This document shows, piece after piece, positions 10,328-20,671 of a DNA stretch of 64,000 nucleotides (the stretch's first letter is position 1; each line of letters starts with the position of its first letter). The stretch is from the sequence record DRR378314_409. One strand, given 5' to 3'. The translations under genes were made by a program, and so were the position numbers. Under the pieces are notes generated by a model. It was not told the DNA's origin and ran no database searches. It saw only the letters and a program-made list of their open reading frames with translations.

Positions 10328-11905
10328 ATGGTAAAAGTTCTTATCTCTGACAAGATGAGCCCGAAAGCGGCTGAAATTTTTCGCGATCGGGGTGTTGAAG
10401 TTGACGAATTGACGGGGATGTCCCCGGAAGAGTTAAAAGCCTGTATTCATGAATATGATGGATTGGCGGTTCGATCTTCAACAAAAGCAACCGAAGAAAT
10501 TATCGCGGCGGCATCCAATCTGAAAGTGATCGGTCGTGCTGGTATCGGTGTGGATAATGTGGATATCCCCGCTGCGACAGCGGCGGGCGTTTGCGTGATG
10601 AACACACCCTTTGGGAATGCGATTACAACTGCAGAGCATGCGATTGCCATGATGTTTTCGCTTTCCCGGCATATCCCTGCGGCGAATAAATCCACGCAGG
10701 AAGGGAAATGGGAAAAATCCAAGTTCATGGGTGTGGAGCTGTATGGCAAGGTTTTGGGGATTATCGGATGCGGTAATATCGGATCCATCGTCGCGGACCG
10801 CGCGCTTGGCCTGAAGATGAAGGTCGTTGCGTTTGACCCATTCCTCTCCCCGGAGCGGGCGGTGGAAATTGGTGTTGAGAAAGTCGAACTGGACGAATTG
10901 CTGGGGCGTGCGGATTATATTTCCCTGCACACTCCTATTACAGACAGCACGCGGAACATCATCAGTGCAAGTAATCTGGCCAAGATGAAAGACGGGGTCC
11001 GCCTAATCAACTGCGCACGCGGCGGTCTGGTTGTGGAAGAGGACCTGAAAGCTGCACTCGAAAGCGGAAAGGTTGCAGGCGCAGCCCTTGATGTGTTTGC
11101 AGTTGAACCCGCAACGGAGAATGCCCTGTTTGGCATGGATAACGTTGTGTGCACACCGCATCTGGGGGCATCTACAAACGAAGCACAGGTCAACGTTGCC
11201 ATTCAGGTGGCAGAGCAAATGGCAGACTATCTGCTGATCGGTTCTGTGACGAACGCGCTCAACATGCCGTCCGTTACTGCGGAAGAAGCTCCGAAACTGA
11301 AACCTTATATGGAACTGGCCAAGCAGTTGGGCGGTTTTATCGGTCAAGTTACTGAAACTGGTATCAAGAAGGTTCAAATCGACTATGAAGGCGAGGCCGC
11401 AGGTCTCAATATCAAACCACTGACTTCTATTGTTCTTCAGGGGATCCTTGGTCCATTGCTGGATAGTGTCAACATGGTGAACGCCCCTCTGGTTGCAAGA
11501 GAGCGGGGCATTGATGTGGTTGAAAGCATTAATGACAAAGCGGGTGACTACCATACTTTGATCCGTGTAACCGTTACAACAGAGAAACGCAGCCGTGACA
11601 TTGCGGGTACCCTGTATGGTGACAGGCGTCCGCGCATTGTAAATGTGAAGGGGATCAGCATGGAAGCGGAAATGGGCCCTCATATGCTGTATATTACCAA
11701 CCAGGATAAGCCTGGCTTCATTGGGGCACTGGGAACATTGCTTGGCCAAAATTCTATCAACATTGCGACCTTCCATTTGGGCCGGGATGAAGAACAGGGT
11801 GAAGCGATTGCTTTGATTGAAGTAGATTCGGAACTTGCCGCACAAACTGTTAAAGACGTACAGGCTTTACCCCATGTGGAGCAGGTTAAAACTCTCAAAT
11901 TCTAA
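10328..11905 (+). CDS. serA: D-3-phosphoglycerate dehydrogenase
   Basis: GRAGIGVDN, GCGNIG, INCARGG, TPHLGAST, C-terminal ACT domain. Confidence 0.98.
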   Translation: MVKVLISDKMSPKAAEIFRDRGVEVDELTGMSPEELKACIHEYDGLAVRSSTKATEEIIAAASNLKVIGRAGIGVDNVDIPAATAAGVCVMNTPFGNAITTAEHAIAMMFSLSRHIPAANKSTQEGKWEKSKFMGVELYGKVLGIIGCGNIGSIVADRALGLKMKVVAFDPFLSPERAVEIGVEKVELDELLGRADYISLHTPITDSTRNIISASNLAKMKDGVRLINCARGGLVVEEDLKAALESGKVAGAALDVFAVEPATENALFGMDNVVCTPHLGASTNEAQVNVAIQVAEQMADYLLIGSVTNALNMPSVTAEEAPKLKPYMELAKQLGGFIGQVTETGIKKVQIDYEGEAAGLNIKPLTSIVLQGILGPLLDSVNMVNAPLVARERGIDVVESINDKAGDYHTLIRVTVTTEKRSRDIAGTLYGDRRPRIVNVKGISMEAEMGPHMLYITNQDKPGFIGALGTLLGQNSINIATFHLGRDEEQGEAIALIEVDSELAAQTVKDVQALPHVEQVKTLKF

Positions 11906-11946
11906 GTCTGATTTTTCAGATTATTCCGTTTGATTAGAAAAATGAT

Positions 11947-11976
11947 AAAGCGGCACTGAAAAAGTGCCGCTTTTTT
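11947..11976 (+). terminator. Intrinsic terminator after serA
   Basis: AAAGCGGCACT / AGTGCCGCTTT stem followed by T tract. Confidence 0.9.
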
Positions 11977-12025
11977 GCTGTTCTTGTTGGCTCTTAGCGT
12001 GAAATGTGCTTTATAAGCGCATGTT

Positions 12026-13171
12026 ATGAATAATTACTCTGAAAAAGGTCTGCTCCCTGCGGGGTTAGCAGATATGTTACCTCCCGAAGCTGCGGCCGAA
12101 GCTGCAGTCAGTGAAAACCTAATGAAGGTTTTTACCCTGAACGGGTATCTGAAGGTTAGCCCCCCCTTAATAGAATTTGAAGACCATTTACTGGAAGGTG
12201 CCGGTGCGGCTCTTTCGTCCAAAATGTTTCGCGTGATGGATCCGGCCTCCCATCGGATGATGGGGATCCGAACAGATATTACGCCGCAGGTTGCCCGTAT
12301 CGCGACAACTCGCTTGAAACAAGAGGCTCGACCTCTTCGCCTGTCTTATTGTGGTCAGATCCTTCGGGTGTTTGGCAGTCAGTTGCGTCCGGAACGTCAG
12401 TTCACTCAGGCTGGTGTGGAATTGATCGGCCATAACGGGATCGAGGCGGATGCGGAACTGATCTTGTTGGCAAGTGAAGGTCTGAAATCGCTGGGCATTC
12501 AAAAATACTCCATCGATTTAACACTCCCCACCTTGCTTCCGACAATTTGTGAAGAGCTTGGCATTGACGCAGATACCACGGACGCCGCTAGAAAGGCGCT
12601 GGACCTTAAAGATGCAGCCGGTTTGGAAGAGTTTGGGGATCTCGCACCGATTTTAGAGAGTTTATTGAAGGCAGCAGGACCTGCAAAGAAATCCCTGGAT
12701 TTACTGGAAAAACTTAATCTCCCGACAAAAGCAACCGAACAAGTTGGAGAGTTGCGGCGACTTGTTGATATTCTCTCCGCTTCTGAGCCAAATCTGGTTT
12801 TGACTATCGATCCAGGTGAATATCGTGGCTTTGAATATCAGACCGGGATCAGTTTTACCCTGTTCGCCCGAAATGTGCGCGGAGAGCTGGGACGAGGTGG
12901 TCGCTATCATCTTCTTGATGGGGAAACTGCAACAGGTTTTACCCTGTTTCTGGATAGCCTGTTGCGGGCGGTTCCCGCTGCATCAAAGGCAGAACGGCTT
13001 TACCTGCCTTTCGGGACACCTGAAGCGGAAGGCGCGAAATACCGGGGCGAGGCTTGGGTAACTGTCCGCGGGTTGTCAGATCAACTCAACCCCCAGGAAG
13101 ATGCCCTCCGTATGGGATGTAGCCATATTCTTTTGGCCGGTAAAATTCAGATTTTGAGTACAAGTTCATAA
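12026..13171 (+). CDS. hisZ: ATP phosphoribosyltransferase regulatory subunit
   Basis: LPAGLADMLP, RTDITPQVAR, RQFTQAGVEL, GRGGRY; hisZ-purA order. Confidence 0.93.
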   Translation: MNNYSEKGLLPAGLADMLPPEAAAEAAVSENLMKVFTLNGYLKVSPPLIEFEDHLLEGAGAALSSKMFRVMDPASHRMMGIRTDITPQVARIATTRLKQEARPLRLSYCGQILRVFGSQLRPERQFTQAGVELIGHNGIEADAELILLASEGLKSLGIQKYSIDLTLPTLLPTICEELGIDADTTDAARKALDLKDAAGLEEFGDLAPILESLLKAAGPAKKSLDLLEKLNLPTKATEQVGELRRLVDILSASEPNLVLTIDPGEYRGFEYQTGISFTLFARNVRGELGRGGRYHLLDGETATGFTLFLDSLLRAVPAASKAERLYLPFGTPEAEGAKYRGEAWVTVRGLSDQLNPQEDALRMGCSHILLAGKIQILSTSS

Positions 13172-13189
13172 AATTGAGGACTATTGAGA

Positions 13190-14482
13190 ATGGCAAATGT
13201 TGCTGTAGTCGGCTCCCAGTGGGGAGATGAAGGCAAGGGTAAACTTGTGGATTGGCTTTCTGAACGGGCGGACGTTGTCGTTCGTTTTCAGGGTGGACAT
13301 AATGCGGGTCATACCTTGGTCATTGATGGAAAAGTCTACAAGCTGAGCTTGTTGCCTTCGGGCATTGTTCGCGGTGGAAAAATGTCCGTCATCGGAAATG
13401 GTGTTGTGGTTGATCCATGGGCCCTGCTCAAGGAAATTGATACGCTGACGGGTCAAGGCGTGACCATAAGTTCAGAAAATTTCAAAATTGCGGAAAATGC
13501 TACTCTGATCCTCCCGTGCCACGGAGAGCTGGACGCGTTGCGTGAAGATGCGACCACGGGCGTAAAAATTGGAACAACCCGTCGGGGTATTGGGCCCGCT
13601 TATGAAGATAAAGTTGCCCGCCGTGCTATCCGGGTTAGCGATCTGACAGATGAAGATCTTTTAAAGAAAAAAATTGCGACACTTCTGACCCATCATAACG
13701 CCCTCCGCAAAGGCTTGGAGGCAGAACCGGTGGATGGAGATGCGCTATTGCAGCAACTTCTTGAAATTGCGCCGAAGATTTTGCCGTTCTCAGATATTGT
13801 CTGGCGCCGTTTGGATGAGGCTAAACGTCAACGGAAATTGATCCTGTTTGAAGGTGCGCAAGGGACAATGCTGGATAATGATCATGGCACGTACCCATTT
13901 GTAACCTCTTCGAACACGGTTGCGGGTCAGGCTGCGGTTGGTAGCGGTATGGGCCCCAGTTCTATTAATTATGTGCTGGGTATCACGAAGGCTTACACGA
14001 CCCGGGTCGGTGAAGGTCCCTTTCCAACAGAGCTGCTTGACGAAGTTGGGCAGGGGCTTGGTGAACGTGGACGTGAGTTCGGTGTGGTTACTGGCCGCAA
14101 ACGCCGGTGTGGTTGGTTTGATGCCGTTATGGTTCGGCAGGCGGTAAAAACCGGCGGTATTAGCGGTATTGCACTCACCAAGCTGGATGTTTTAGATGGC
14201 ATGGACGAATTAAAAGTCTGCGTAGGATATAAACTGGGCGATGAAGTCCTTGATTATTATCCGTCCAATATGACTGACCAGGCCAAAGTTGAACCTGTTT
14301 ATGAAACTCTTGAAGGATGGCAGGACAGTACCTTTGGTGCACGAAGCTGGGATCAATTGCCGGCAACAGCTGTAAAATATATCCGGCGAATTGAAGAGTT
14401 GATTGAAGCCCCGATTGCATTGGTTTCAACCAGTCCGGAGCGGGAAGACACCATTTTAGTGAAAGATCCGTTTTCGGACTGA
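13190..14482 (+). CDS. purA: Adenylosuccinate synthetase
   Basis: [42 protein letters not shown]. Confidence 0.99.
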   Translation: MANVAVVGSQWGDEGKGKLVDWLSERADVVVRFQGGHNAGHTLVIDGKVYKLSLLPSGIVRGGKMSVIGNGVVVDPWALLKEIDTLTGQGVTISSENFKIAENATLILPCHGELDALREDATTGVKIGTTRRGIGPAYEDKVARRAIRVSDLTDEDLLKKKIATLLTHHNALRKGLEAEPVDGDALLQQLLEIAPKILPFSDIVWRRLDEAKRQRKLILFEGAQGTMLDNDHGTYPFVTSSNTVAGQAAVGSGMGPSSINYVLGITKAYTTRVGEGPFPTELLDEVGQGLGERGREFGVVTGRKRRCGWFDAVMVRQAVKTGGISGIALTKLDVLDGMDELKVCVGYKLGDEVLDYYPSNMTDQAKVEPVYETLEGWQDSTFGARSWDQLPATAVKYIRRIEELIEAPIALVSTSPEREDTILVKDPFSD

Positions 14483-14505
14483 ATTGAGTGTAAAAGAGTG
14501 ATTTG

Positions 14506-14535
14506 AAAGGTGGCTTCTTTTAGCCACCTTTTTTT
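14506..14535 (+). terminator. Intrinsic terminator after purA
   Basis: AAAGGTGGCT / AGCCACCTTT stem plus T tract. Confidence 0.9.
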
Positions 14536-14554
14536 GTTTGATAATTGACCTGAT

Positions 14555-14570
14555 TTAACGGCATCTTAAC
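14555..14570 (+). promoter_or_regulatory. CtrA box
   Basis: TTAA-CGGCATC-TTAAC, exact TTAA-N7-TTAAC, between the purA terminator and the kinase-like gene. Confidence 0.75.
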
Positions 14571-14588
14571 CGTAGTTCAGCATTTTGA

Positions 14589-16667
14589 GTGATCAGTAGA
14601 TTTTTAAAGAATTGGACCAAGTTGGGACAGTGTCCCAGTATAGACACAAACATGAATGACCAGCAGGAACTAGGTATACTTCGGGGGCGGTACAGAGTTC
14701 TGTTACAGCAAGCGCTACCTCATTTAAACAGCGGTGAAAATCTCGCCTATAAGGCAGAAGATATTCGCGATCCGAATAATATGGTTTTTGCGCTGATTTT
14801 GGCTCCCGGTATTCCCTACCGTGAAAAGATAATGGAGAACCTGACCGGGCGCAGCCTTGCTGGTATTGTGGATCTGCATGCAAGTGGTGTGGTTCAATTT
14901 GATAGTTCGGACTTTCGATATGTATTCATTTTTGAATATCCAGCCGGTGGTCCGGTCTTCACTGAGGGAAAACCCATAAATGAACAACAGGTTCTGAATG
15001 TTATCGTTCCGAAACTTGTTGACCTGATCATCAGTTTTTCTTCTCGTGATATTACCCATCGAAATATTCGCGCGGATAACATCTATTTCATGGAAAATGA
15101 AAAGGCGGGTGTGGCGCTCGGTGAATGTGTGTCTTTGCCTCCTGCTGTCCTCCAGCCTTCCGTGTATGAGCCGGTCGAAAGCGCGAATGCGCTCCCTGAT
15201 GGTCGGGGTGATGGAACCATCATGGTCGATATTTATGCACTGGGTATCATGATTGTGCATATGCTGGGCGGGGTTGTCCCCGGCCAGGGGAAATCTCCCA
15301 ATGACCTTTATGCTGCCAAACTACAAAACGGGACGTATGCCGTTCTTGTCCCTAAGATCCCCGCCTCTTCTCGTGTCAGTTTTTTACTGGCCGGATTGCT
15401 CAATGACGACCCTTATCGTCGGTGGAATATTGAAGTCCTTATCCGGTGGCGGGATGGCGTGTATGAACGGCCACGCCCGGGATTTGGGGACAGACAGGCT
15501 CCGGGCCCGATTGTATTCGAAGGAAAAGATTATCTCTCACCGAGGTTGCTGGCCTTGGCTTTGACAAAGAGGCCCGCACAAGCCTACACGCTGTTAGAAA
15601 GTGGTAAGGTTGAGAGTTGGATCCGAAATTCACTGAACGATAAAGAATCCAGCGCTCGGGTTGGTGATAGTGTTCGCAACAAGATGCGAGGCGGCGGTGC
15701 AAGGCGTCTGGAACTACAATGTGTCTCCCGTGTTAGTGCGATCCTCGATAGCAGAGGGGCGTTTTGGTATCGTGAAGCGACTTTTTCCAGAGGTGGAATT
15801 GGCTCCCTTCTTGCTTTTGCGTTTAGAAGTGATGGCCCATTGAAATCAGCCATTGCCGAGATGTTTGAGTCCGGCGTTTTGTTGGATGCGGTTTACAGTG
15901 AACTTGATCATGCGGAAGCAGGACGGCGCAAAGACAACAGCTGGATTTCTTTGGGCAAAGCCACGGATTGCTTTGAATATATGGAAAAGCGCGAAAGGAT
16001 GGGTTTTGGGCTGGAGCGGTGTTTGTATGAACTCAACCCCTCTCTCAGCTGTATGAGCACCACATTACAGGGAAGCTACGTCCGTAAAGTAGAAAACCTA
16101 CTGGACGTGCTTGAAGATCGTGCGTTCAAGACAGACGGAAAAATAAATCCCTTTGATCGGCATATCGCTGCATTTATCGCCTCGCGCACCAAATTCCTGG
16201 CTAAAAACTTCCAAAAACTCGGCAACTTGTCACAAAGTGGCGTGGAGTATACGCTTTTACTGGTCGCAATGTTTGGCCGGATGCAGGCCCAATTAAGTCC
16301 GTCTCCAAAGCCCGGGCTTTGTTTGTGGATTAAACGATTGCTTACACCCGTGATTGGTAAAATTCACTCTGAAATTCGCCGGGATTTTGTAAAGACCAAA
16401 CTGGATAAGGCGATTGAAAGCGGCAATATAGAAAAAGTCCTGATTGAAATCGATCTTCTGAATAATTTGCGTCGGGATGCCGAAGAGTACGAGCTTGCAA
16501 TTAAGGAGTTTTCCTACGTGTCTGAAACGGTTCGGGCACTGGAAAATGGCGGAAAGGCCAGAGAACTAGCCGCTAAAAAATATGGGCATTGGATTGCATC
16601 TGTGATCTCAATTGCAGCATTACTGAGCAGTATGGGCTTTTCCTACCTTTATTTTTTGGGATTTTAA
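14589..16667 (+). CDS. Ser/Thr protein-kinase-fold protein (probable pseudokinase) with C-terminal membrane anchor
   Basis: ITHRNIRADNI, YEPVE, DIYALG kinase subdomain remnants; hydrophobic C-terminus; alternative start ATG 14652. Confidence 0.8.
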   Translation: MISRFLKNWTKLGQCPSIDTNMNDQQELGILRGRYRVLLQQALPHLNSGENLAYKAEDIRDPNNMVFALILAPGIPYREKIMENLTGRSLAGIVDLHASGVVQFDSSDFRYVFIFEYPAGGPVFTEGKPINEQQVLNVIVPKLVDLIISFSSRDITHRNIRADNIYFMENEKAGVALGECVSLPPAVLQPSVYEPVESANALPDGRGDGTIMVDIYALGIMIVHMLGGVVPGQGKSPNDLYAAKLQNGTYAVLVPKIPASSRVSFLLAGLLNDDPYRRWNIEVLIRWRDGVYERPRPGFGDRQAPGPIVFEGKDYLSPRLLALALTKRPAQAYTLLESGKVESWIRNSLNDKESSARVGDSVRNKMRGGGARRLELQCVSRVSAILDSRGAFWYREATFSRGGIGSLLAFAFRSDGPLKSAIAEMFESGVLLDAVYSELDHAEAGRRKDNSWISLGKATDCFEYMEKRERMGFGLERCLYELNPSLSCMSTTLQGSYVRKVENLLDVLEDRAFKTDGKINPFDRHIAAFIASRTKFLAKNFQKLGNLSQSGVEYTLLLVAMFGRMQAQLSPSPKPGLCLWIKRLLTPVIGKIHSEIRRDFVKTKLDKAIESGNIEKVLIEIDLLNNLRRDAEEYELAIKEFSYVSETVRALENGGKARELAAKKYGHWIASVISIAALLSSMGFSYLYFLGF

Positions 16668-17162
16668 ATGGCGAAAGTAGCTAAAACCAAGAAAAAATCG
16701 AGTGGTGTATTATCGTTACTCTTGCTGATCGCACTGGGTGCAGTGTTTGCGCCACCCACCTTGATTATTTTCGGAATTGGGTTGATGCCGACGATTGTCG
16801 CGCGCTTTGCAAATCCCACTCAGGTTCGCGGCACGGTTGCCGCGATGGCTGCTTTTAATTTGGCCGGTGTAATTCCGGCGTTGGGTTTGTTATATCAAAA
16901 AGGACACACCCTTGACCAGGCATTCAAATTGTTATCGGATGTCTATATCTGGCTGATGATGTATGGGGGCGCGGGCCTTGCCGCGTTGTTGCTTTGGGGC
17001 GTTCCAATTATAGTTCAGTCTGCATATGAAATGCAGGCAAAGCAGCATATCAAACGTTTGGATAAACGGCGGAGCCGATTAATTGAAGAATGGGGCGCGC
17101 AGATTATCGAAGATGCTAAGGTCACTCCGCGAGTTCCGGCTCCTGTAGCTGAAAATAAATAA
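16668..17162 (+). CDS. Hypothetical multi-pass membrane protein
   Basis: Starts at the base after the upstream stop; about four hydrophobic segments and a charged tail (RRSRLIEEWG). Confidence 0.75.
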   Translation: MAKVAKTKKKSSGVLSLLLLIALGAVFAPPTLIIFGIGLMPTIVARFANPTQVRGTVAAMAAFNLAGVIPALGLLYQKGHTLDQAFKLLSDVYIWLMMYGGAGLAALLLWGVPIIVQSAYEMQAKQHIKRLDKRRSRLIEEWGAQIIEDAKVTPRVPAPVAENK

Positions 17163-17234
17163 AGATAGAACTCTGGGCTGCGGTGACAGGCTTGTTATAG
17201 TGTTATTATCAAAATTAAAAATAAGGGGGAAACT

Positions 17235-17594
17235 ATGTCAGATCACGTGTACTGGATTATCGAAGCCGATGTTGTTGAAGGTAAACTTGACGAGCTTAAA
17301 TCATTAATGCAGGAAATGTCAGAAGCGACCAAAGCCGATGAACCAGGTGCTTTGAACTATGAATGGTCATTGAGCGCGGATGAAACTGAGTGCCATATAT
17401 TTGAGCGATATCAAAATAGTGAGGCAACGATGGTTCATATGAAGAATTTCGGGTCCAAATTTGCCAAACATTTTATGGCTGTATTAAAGCCTAAAAGAAC
17501 GACGCTTTATGGTAATCCAGATGAGAATGTTCGAAAAGCGATGGCACCGCTTGGCGCTGTTCGAATGACGTCTACTGCTGGTTTCTCTCGTTGA
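17235..17594 (+). CDS. Antibiotic biosynthesis monooxygenase (ABM) family protein
   Basis: DEPGALNYEW, FERYQNSEA..H; strong RBS. Confidence 0.85.
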   Translation: MSDHVYWIIEADVVEGKLDELKSLMQEMSEATKADEPGALNYEWSLSADETECHIFERYQNSEATMVHMKNFGSKFAKHFMAVLKPKRTTLYGNPDENVRKAMAPLGAVRMTSTAGFSR

Positions 17595-17700
17595 TCTTAT
17601 GAGCTCAGGGCAGGAGCCTGCAATCGCTTCTGCACCCTTGTTCAATTCGCGTCAACTTTCTGCATTGCACTGCTATGTGATTATGGTCACATAAATTCGG

Positions 17701-17728
17701 TAATCCTTATTTAGTTAGGGCTCGTATC
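17701..17728 (+). promoter_or_regulatory. sigmaE (RpoE/ChrR type) promoter of the fasciclin gene
   Basis: TAATCC-N16-CGTATC, same pattern as four other sites in the window. Confidence 0.7.
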
Positions 17729-17774
17729 TCTTCACATCCACTCATTAGGAGTGGGGTCTAACAAGGAGATTAAA

Positions 17775-18338
17775 ATGAGACTCTTAAAGCAAGCCCTTCT
17801 TCCCGTCGCTGCATTATCGTTACTTGCGACAGGTGCCTGCACAGCCGTTGCAGAGAACCCCGAAGTTGGCGGTGCCCCCATGTATGAGAGTAAAAACATC
17901 GTGGAAAACGCGATGAATTCTGATGACCACACAACTTTGGTTGCGGCTGTTAAGGCTGCCGGGCTTGTAGAAACCTTGCAGGCAGATGGTCCATACACAG
18001 TCTTTGCACCAACAAATGCTGCATTCAATAAACTGCCAGAGGGAACTGTGCAGACCCTGCTCAAGCCTGAAAACAAGGAAATGCTGACAAAAATTCTCAC
18101 CTGTCACGTCGTGGCCGCAAAAGCCCTATCCGGGCCAATTAAGAAAATGGTCGATGATGATGGCGGTGCGCATCCGGTTACAACTGTTGGCGGATGTCAA
18201 TTCACGGCAATGTATGACAAAGATAAAATCATGATCAAGGATGGTCAGGGTAACATCGCAAATGTCACCATTAAGGATGTCAAACAGTCAAATGGCGTCA
18301 TTCATGTTATTGACACGGTGCTATTACCCGCGTCTTAA
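17775..18338 (+). CDS. Secreted fasciclin (FAS1) domain protein
   Basis: Signal peptide; TLVAAVKAAGL, YTVFAPTNAAF, NGVIHVIDTVL; AAGGAG RBS. Confidence 0.93.
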   Translation: MRLLKQALLPVAALSLLATGACTAVAENPEVGGAPMYESKNIVENAMNSDDHTTLVAAVKAAGLVETLQADGPYTVFAPTNAAFNKLPEGTVQTLLKPENKEMLTKILTCHVVAAKALSGPIKKMVDDDGGAHPVTTVGGCQFTAMYDKDKIMIKDGQGNIANVTIKDVKQSNGVIHVIDTVLLPAS

Positions 18339-18350
18339 GGGATTATAATT

Positions 18351-18382
18351 GTCAGCCTGCGGTTTTTGCAGGCTGACTTTTT
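18351..18382 (+). terminator. Intrinsic terminator between fasciclin gene and hutF
   Basis: GTCAGCCTGC / GCAGGCTGAC stem followed by TTTTT. Confidence 0.88.
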
Positions 18383-19759
18383 CTAGAGGCTTGTTCTTAA
18401 TTCTTTCATCACAGCGCGAAAGTTGAGGGTAATATCGTCAGCATGAATATGCTGACCATTTTGGACGACGTGATGGCCCGATGAGATAACATCGGCGACT
18501 AAATTGTCTTTGGATGCAAAGATCCAACTATCGAGAATAAAATCGCCCTTAAGATCGGTCAGGCTCTCTGTATTTAAATCGAGGGTGAGCAGATCGGCCT
18601 GATATCCCGGCGCAATTTTCCCGCATTTTCGGCCTGCTGCTTGCGCTCCCCCTTCGAGAATTTTTTCATAAAGATTTCGGCCCGTCGATTTATCTGTATC
18701 ACAAAGCAGAGCCCGACCTTTTAACTGAAGCCGTTGTGAATATTCAAGCATCCGTAGTTCCTGCGCAAGGCTGATCGCGATATTGCTGTCTGTTCCAATT
18801 CCGATTTTGCCGTTGGCGTCTTGAAAGGAAACGGCAGGGAAGATACCATCTCCAAGATTGGCTTCGGTAATTGGGCAAAGCCCGGCAACCGCTCCAGAGT
18901 TGGCCAGGTCTTTTAGCTCTGTTTTTGTCAGATGCGTGGCATGAACGAGACACCAGTCAGAGCCGACATCCGCTTTATCCAATAACAATTCAACGGGTCT
19001 TTTCCCAAAATACATACTGATTTCTTCAATCTCGGCCAATTGCTCAGCGATATGGATATGCTTTGGTTCTGCAGAATAAGTCTGTGCCAATGATTGTAAA
19101 TCTGCCTCTGAGACGGCCCGTAGCGAATGTGGCGCAATTCCCAGCTTGAAATCCTCCCGCGTGGCCTGCGCCGTTTGGTTTGCACGCTGCCAAAGGGTAT
19201 CGTAACTGTTTAAGTCATTTTGAAAGCGGAGCTGCCCACCTTGCAGGGGGCGCCCGTCTACGCCGCCCTGTGCATAGTAAACGGGTAGAAGCGTAAGTCC
19301 CACGCCAGTGTAGGATGCAGCTTCTATGACACGGTCGGAGAGTTCGGCAGGATTGTTATATCGTTCACCGTTCGCCTGATTATGAACATAGTGAAATTCT
19401 GCAAGGGATGCATATCCGGCCTGCAGCATTTCCATTTGGGCGTATGCATTGATGGCTAAAAACTGCTCCGGTGTTAGCTGTTCTAGAAATTGATACATCA
19501 ATGTTCGCCAGGTCCAGAAACTGTCGTTGTCAGAACCGCTTCGATATTCTGTCAAGCCGGCAAGCGCCCGTTGAAATCCATGGCTGTGAAGGTTCGTTGG
19601 CGCAGGAAGGAGCACTTTGTCTGTTAAGATATTGTCATCAGATGTGGGTGTTTGATCAGCTTCTACGGTTTCAATGATGCCGTTTGGTTTTACAAAGATG
19701 CGCACATTTTCAGCCCACCCTGTGTCAAGCAGCGCTGTTTTCGCAAAATAAGAGTTCAT
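18383..19759 (-). CDS. hutF: Formimidoylglutamate deiminase
   Basis: NLHSHGFQRA, SFWTWR, EFHYVH, APHSLRAV, HIAEQ, CPITEANLGDG, GTDSN. Confidence 0.95.
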   Translation of the reverse strand: MNSYFAKTALLDTGWAENVRIFVKPNGIIETVEADQTPTSDDNILTDKVLLPAPTNLHSHGFQRALAGLTEYRSGSDNDSFWTWRTLMYQFLEQLTPEQFLAINAYAQMEMLQAGYASLAEFHYVHNQANGERYNNPAELSDRVIEAASYTGVGLTLLPVYYAQGGVDGRPLQGGQLRFQNDLNSYDTLWQRANQTAQATREDFKLGIAPHSLRAVSEADLQSLAQTYSAEPKHIHIAEQLAEIEEISMYFGKRPVELLLDKADVGSDWCLVHATHLTKTELKDLANSGAVAGLCPITEANLGDGIFPAVSFQDANGKIGIGTDSNIAISLAQELRMLEYSQRLQLKGRALLCDTDKSTGRNLYEKILEGGAQAAGRKCGKIAPGYQADLLTLDLNTESLTDLKGDFILDSWIFASKDNLVADVISSGHHVVQNGQHIHADDITLNFRAVMKELRTSL

Positions 19760-19790
19760 TACCAGTTTGATCCGTAGATTTTTTGCATAA

Positions 19791-19804
19791 TATGTATATA
19801 CATA
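19791..19804. promoter_or_regulatory. HutC operator
   Basis: Perfect palindrome TATGTATATACATA (TGTA-N2-TACA core) between divergent hutF and hutG. Confidence 0.85.
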
Positions 19805-19865
19805 ATAAGCTCTCGAATACAGAGATACAAGTCATAGAATGGACCTAAGCAGAGGTTGAGCGACA

Positions 19866-20669
19866 ATGTCACCCGTCACCGTCAAGTCAGGGAAATCACC
19901 CATTATCCTCGCGTTTCCACATGTCGGAACGCATGTCCCGGATTCAATTTTCAAAAAGTTAAACGAGCGGGGAAAAAAGTTATCGGATACCGACTGGCAT
20001 GTGGATCGGCTTTATGAGGGCCTTCTTCCTGAAGCGACAATGGTGGTTGCTGGTTTCCATCGCTACGTTATTGATGCGAACAGAGATCCGGATGGAATGA
20101 GCCTGTATCCCGGACAAAATACCACGACATTGGTGCCAACCACTGATTTTGATGGGCAATCCATATGGCAGGCAGGACATGAGCCCACACCTGTTGAGGT
20201 AAAGAGCCGCCGCCAGGAATTTCATCGCTCTTATCATCAGGCACTTGCTGCGGAAATTCAGCGGGTCAAAGATCTGCATGGATTTGCGGTAGTATACGAT
20301 TGCCATTCGATCCGCTCTGAGATCGATTTTCTCTTTGACGGGCAACTACCAGATTTCAATATTGGCACCAATAATGGAGAGACTTGCGCACCAGCGTTAG
20401 AGGAGCATGTGCGGTCCTCGTGTGCCACGGCTTCTGGCTATACCCATGTCCTGAATGGCCGCTTCAAAGGTGGATGGACCACACGTCACTACGCCGCCCC
20501 GGCAGATAATATCCATGTGATCCAGATGGAACTAGCTCAATCCACCTATTGTATGGAGGTGGAACCATGGGACTATATCGATGTGAAGGCTGAGAAACTA
20601 AGAGCGGTCCTCAAGTCTATTTTGGTTGGACTTGAGGATATTGCCCTTCGAAAACTTGGAAAGAGTTGA
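19866..20669 (+). CDS. hutG: N-formylglutamate deformylase
   Basis: PHVGT, DTDWHVDRLY, DCHSIRS, NGRFKGGWTTRHY, QMEL. Confidence 0.95.
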   Translation: MSPVTVKSGKSPIILAFPHVGTHVPDSIFKKLNERGKKLSDTDWHVDRLYEGLLPEATMVVAGFHRYVIDANRDPDGMSLYPGQNTTTLVPTTDFDGQSIWQAGHEPTPVEVKSRRQEFHRSYHQALAAEIQRVKDLHGFAVVYDCHSIRSEIDFLFDGQLPDFNIGTNNGETCAPALEEHVRSSCATASGYTHVLNGRFKGGWTTRHYAAPADNIHVIQMELAQSTYCMEVEPWDYIDVKAEKLRAVLKSILVGLEDIALRKLGKS

Positions 20670-20671
20670 TT

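Noticed and set aside
9409-11845. Long antisense ORFs (314 aa at 9409-10353, 280 aa at 11003-11845)
   Set aside because: They lie opposite serC and serA, have no recognisable motifs and are expected shadows of codon bias
19768-19795. TGATCC upstream of hutG as a sixth sigmaE promoter
   Set aside because: No CGTA element at 16-17 bp spacing; that position runs into the HutC palindrome
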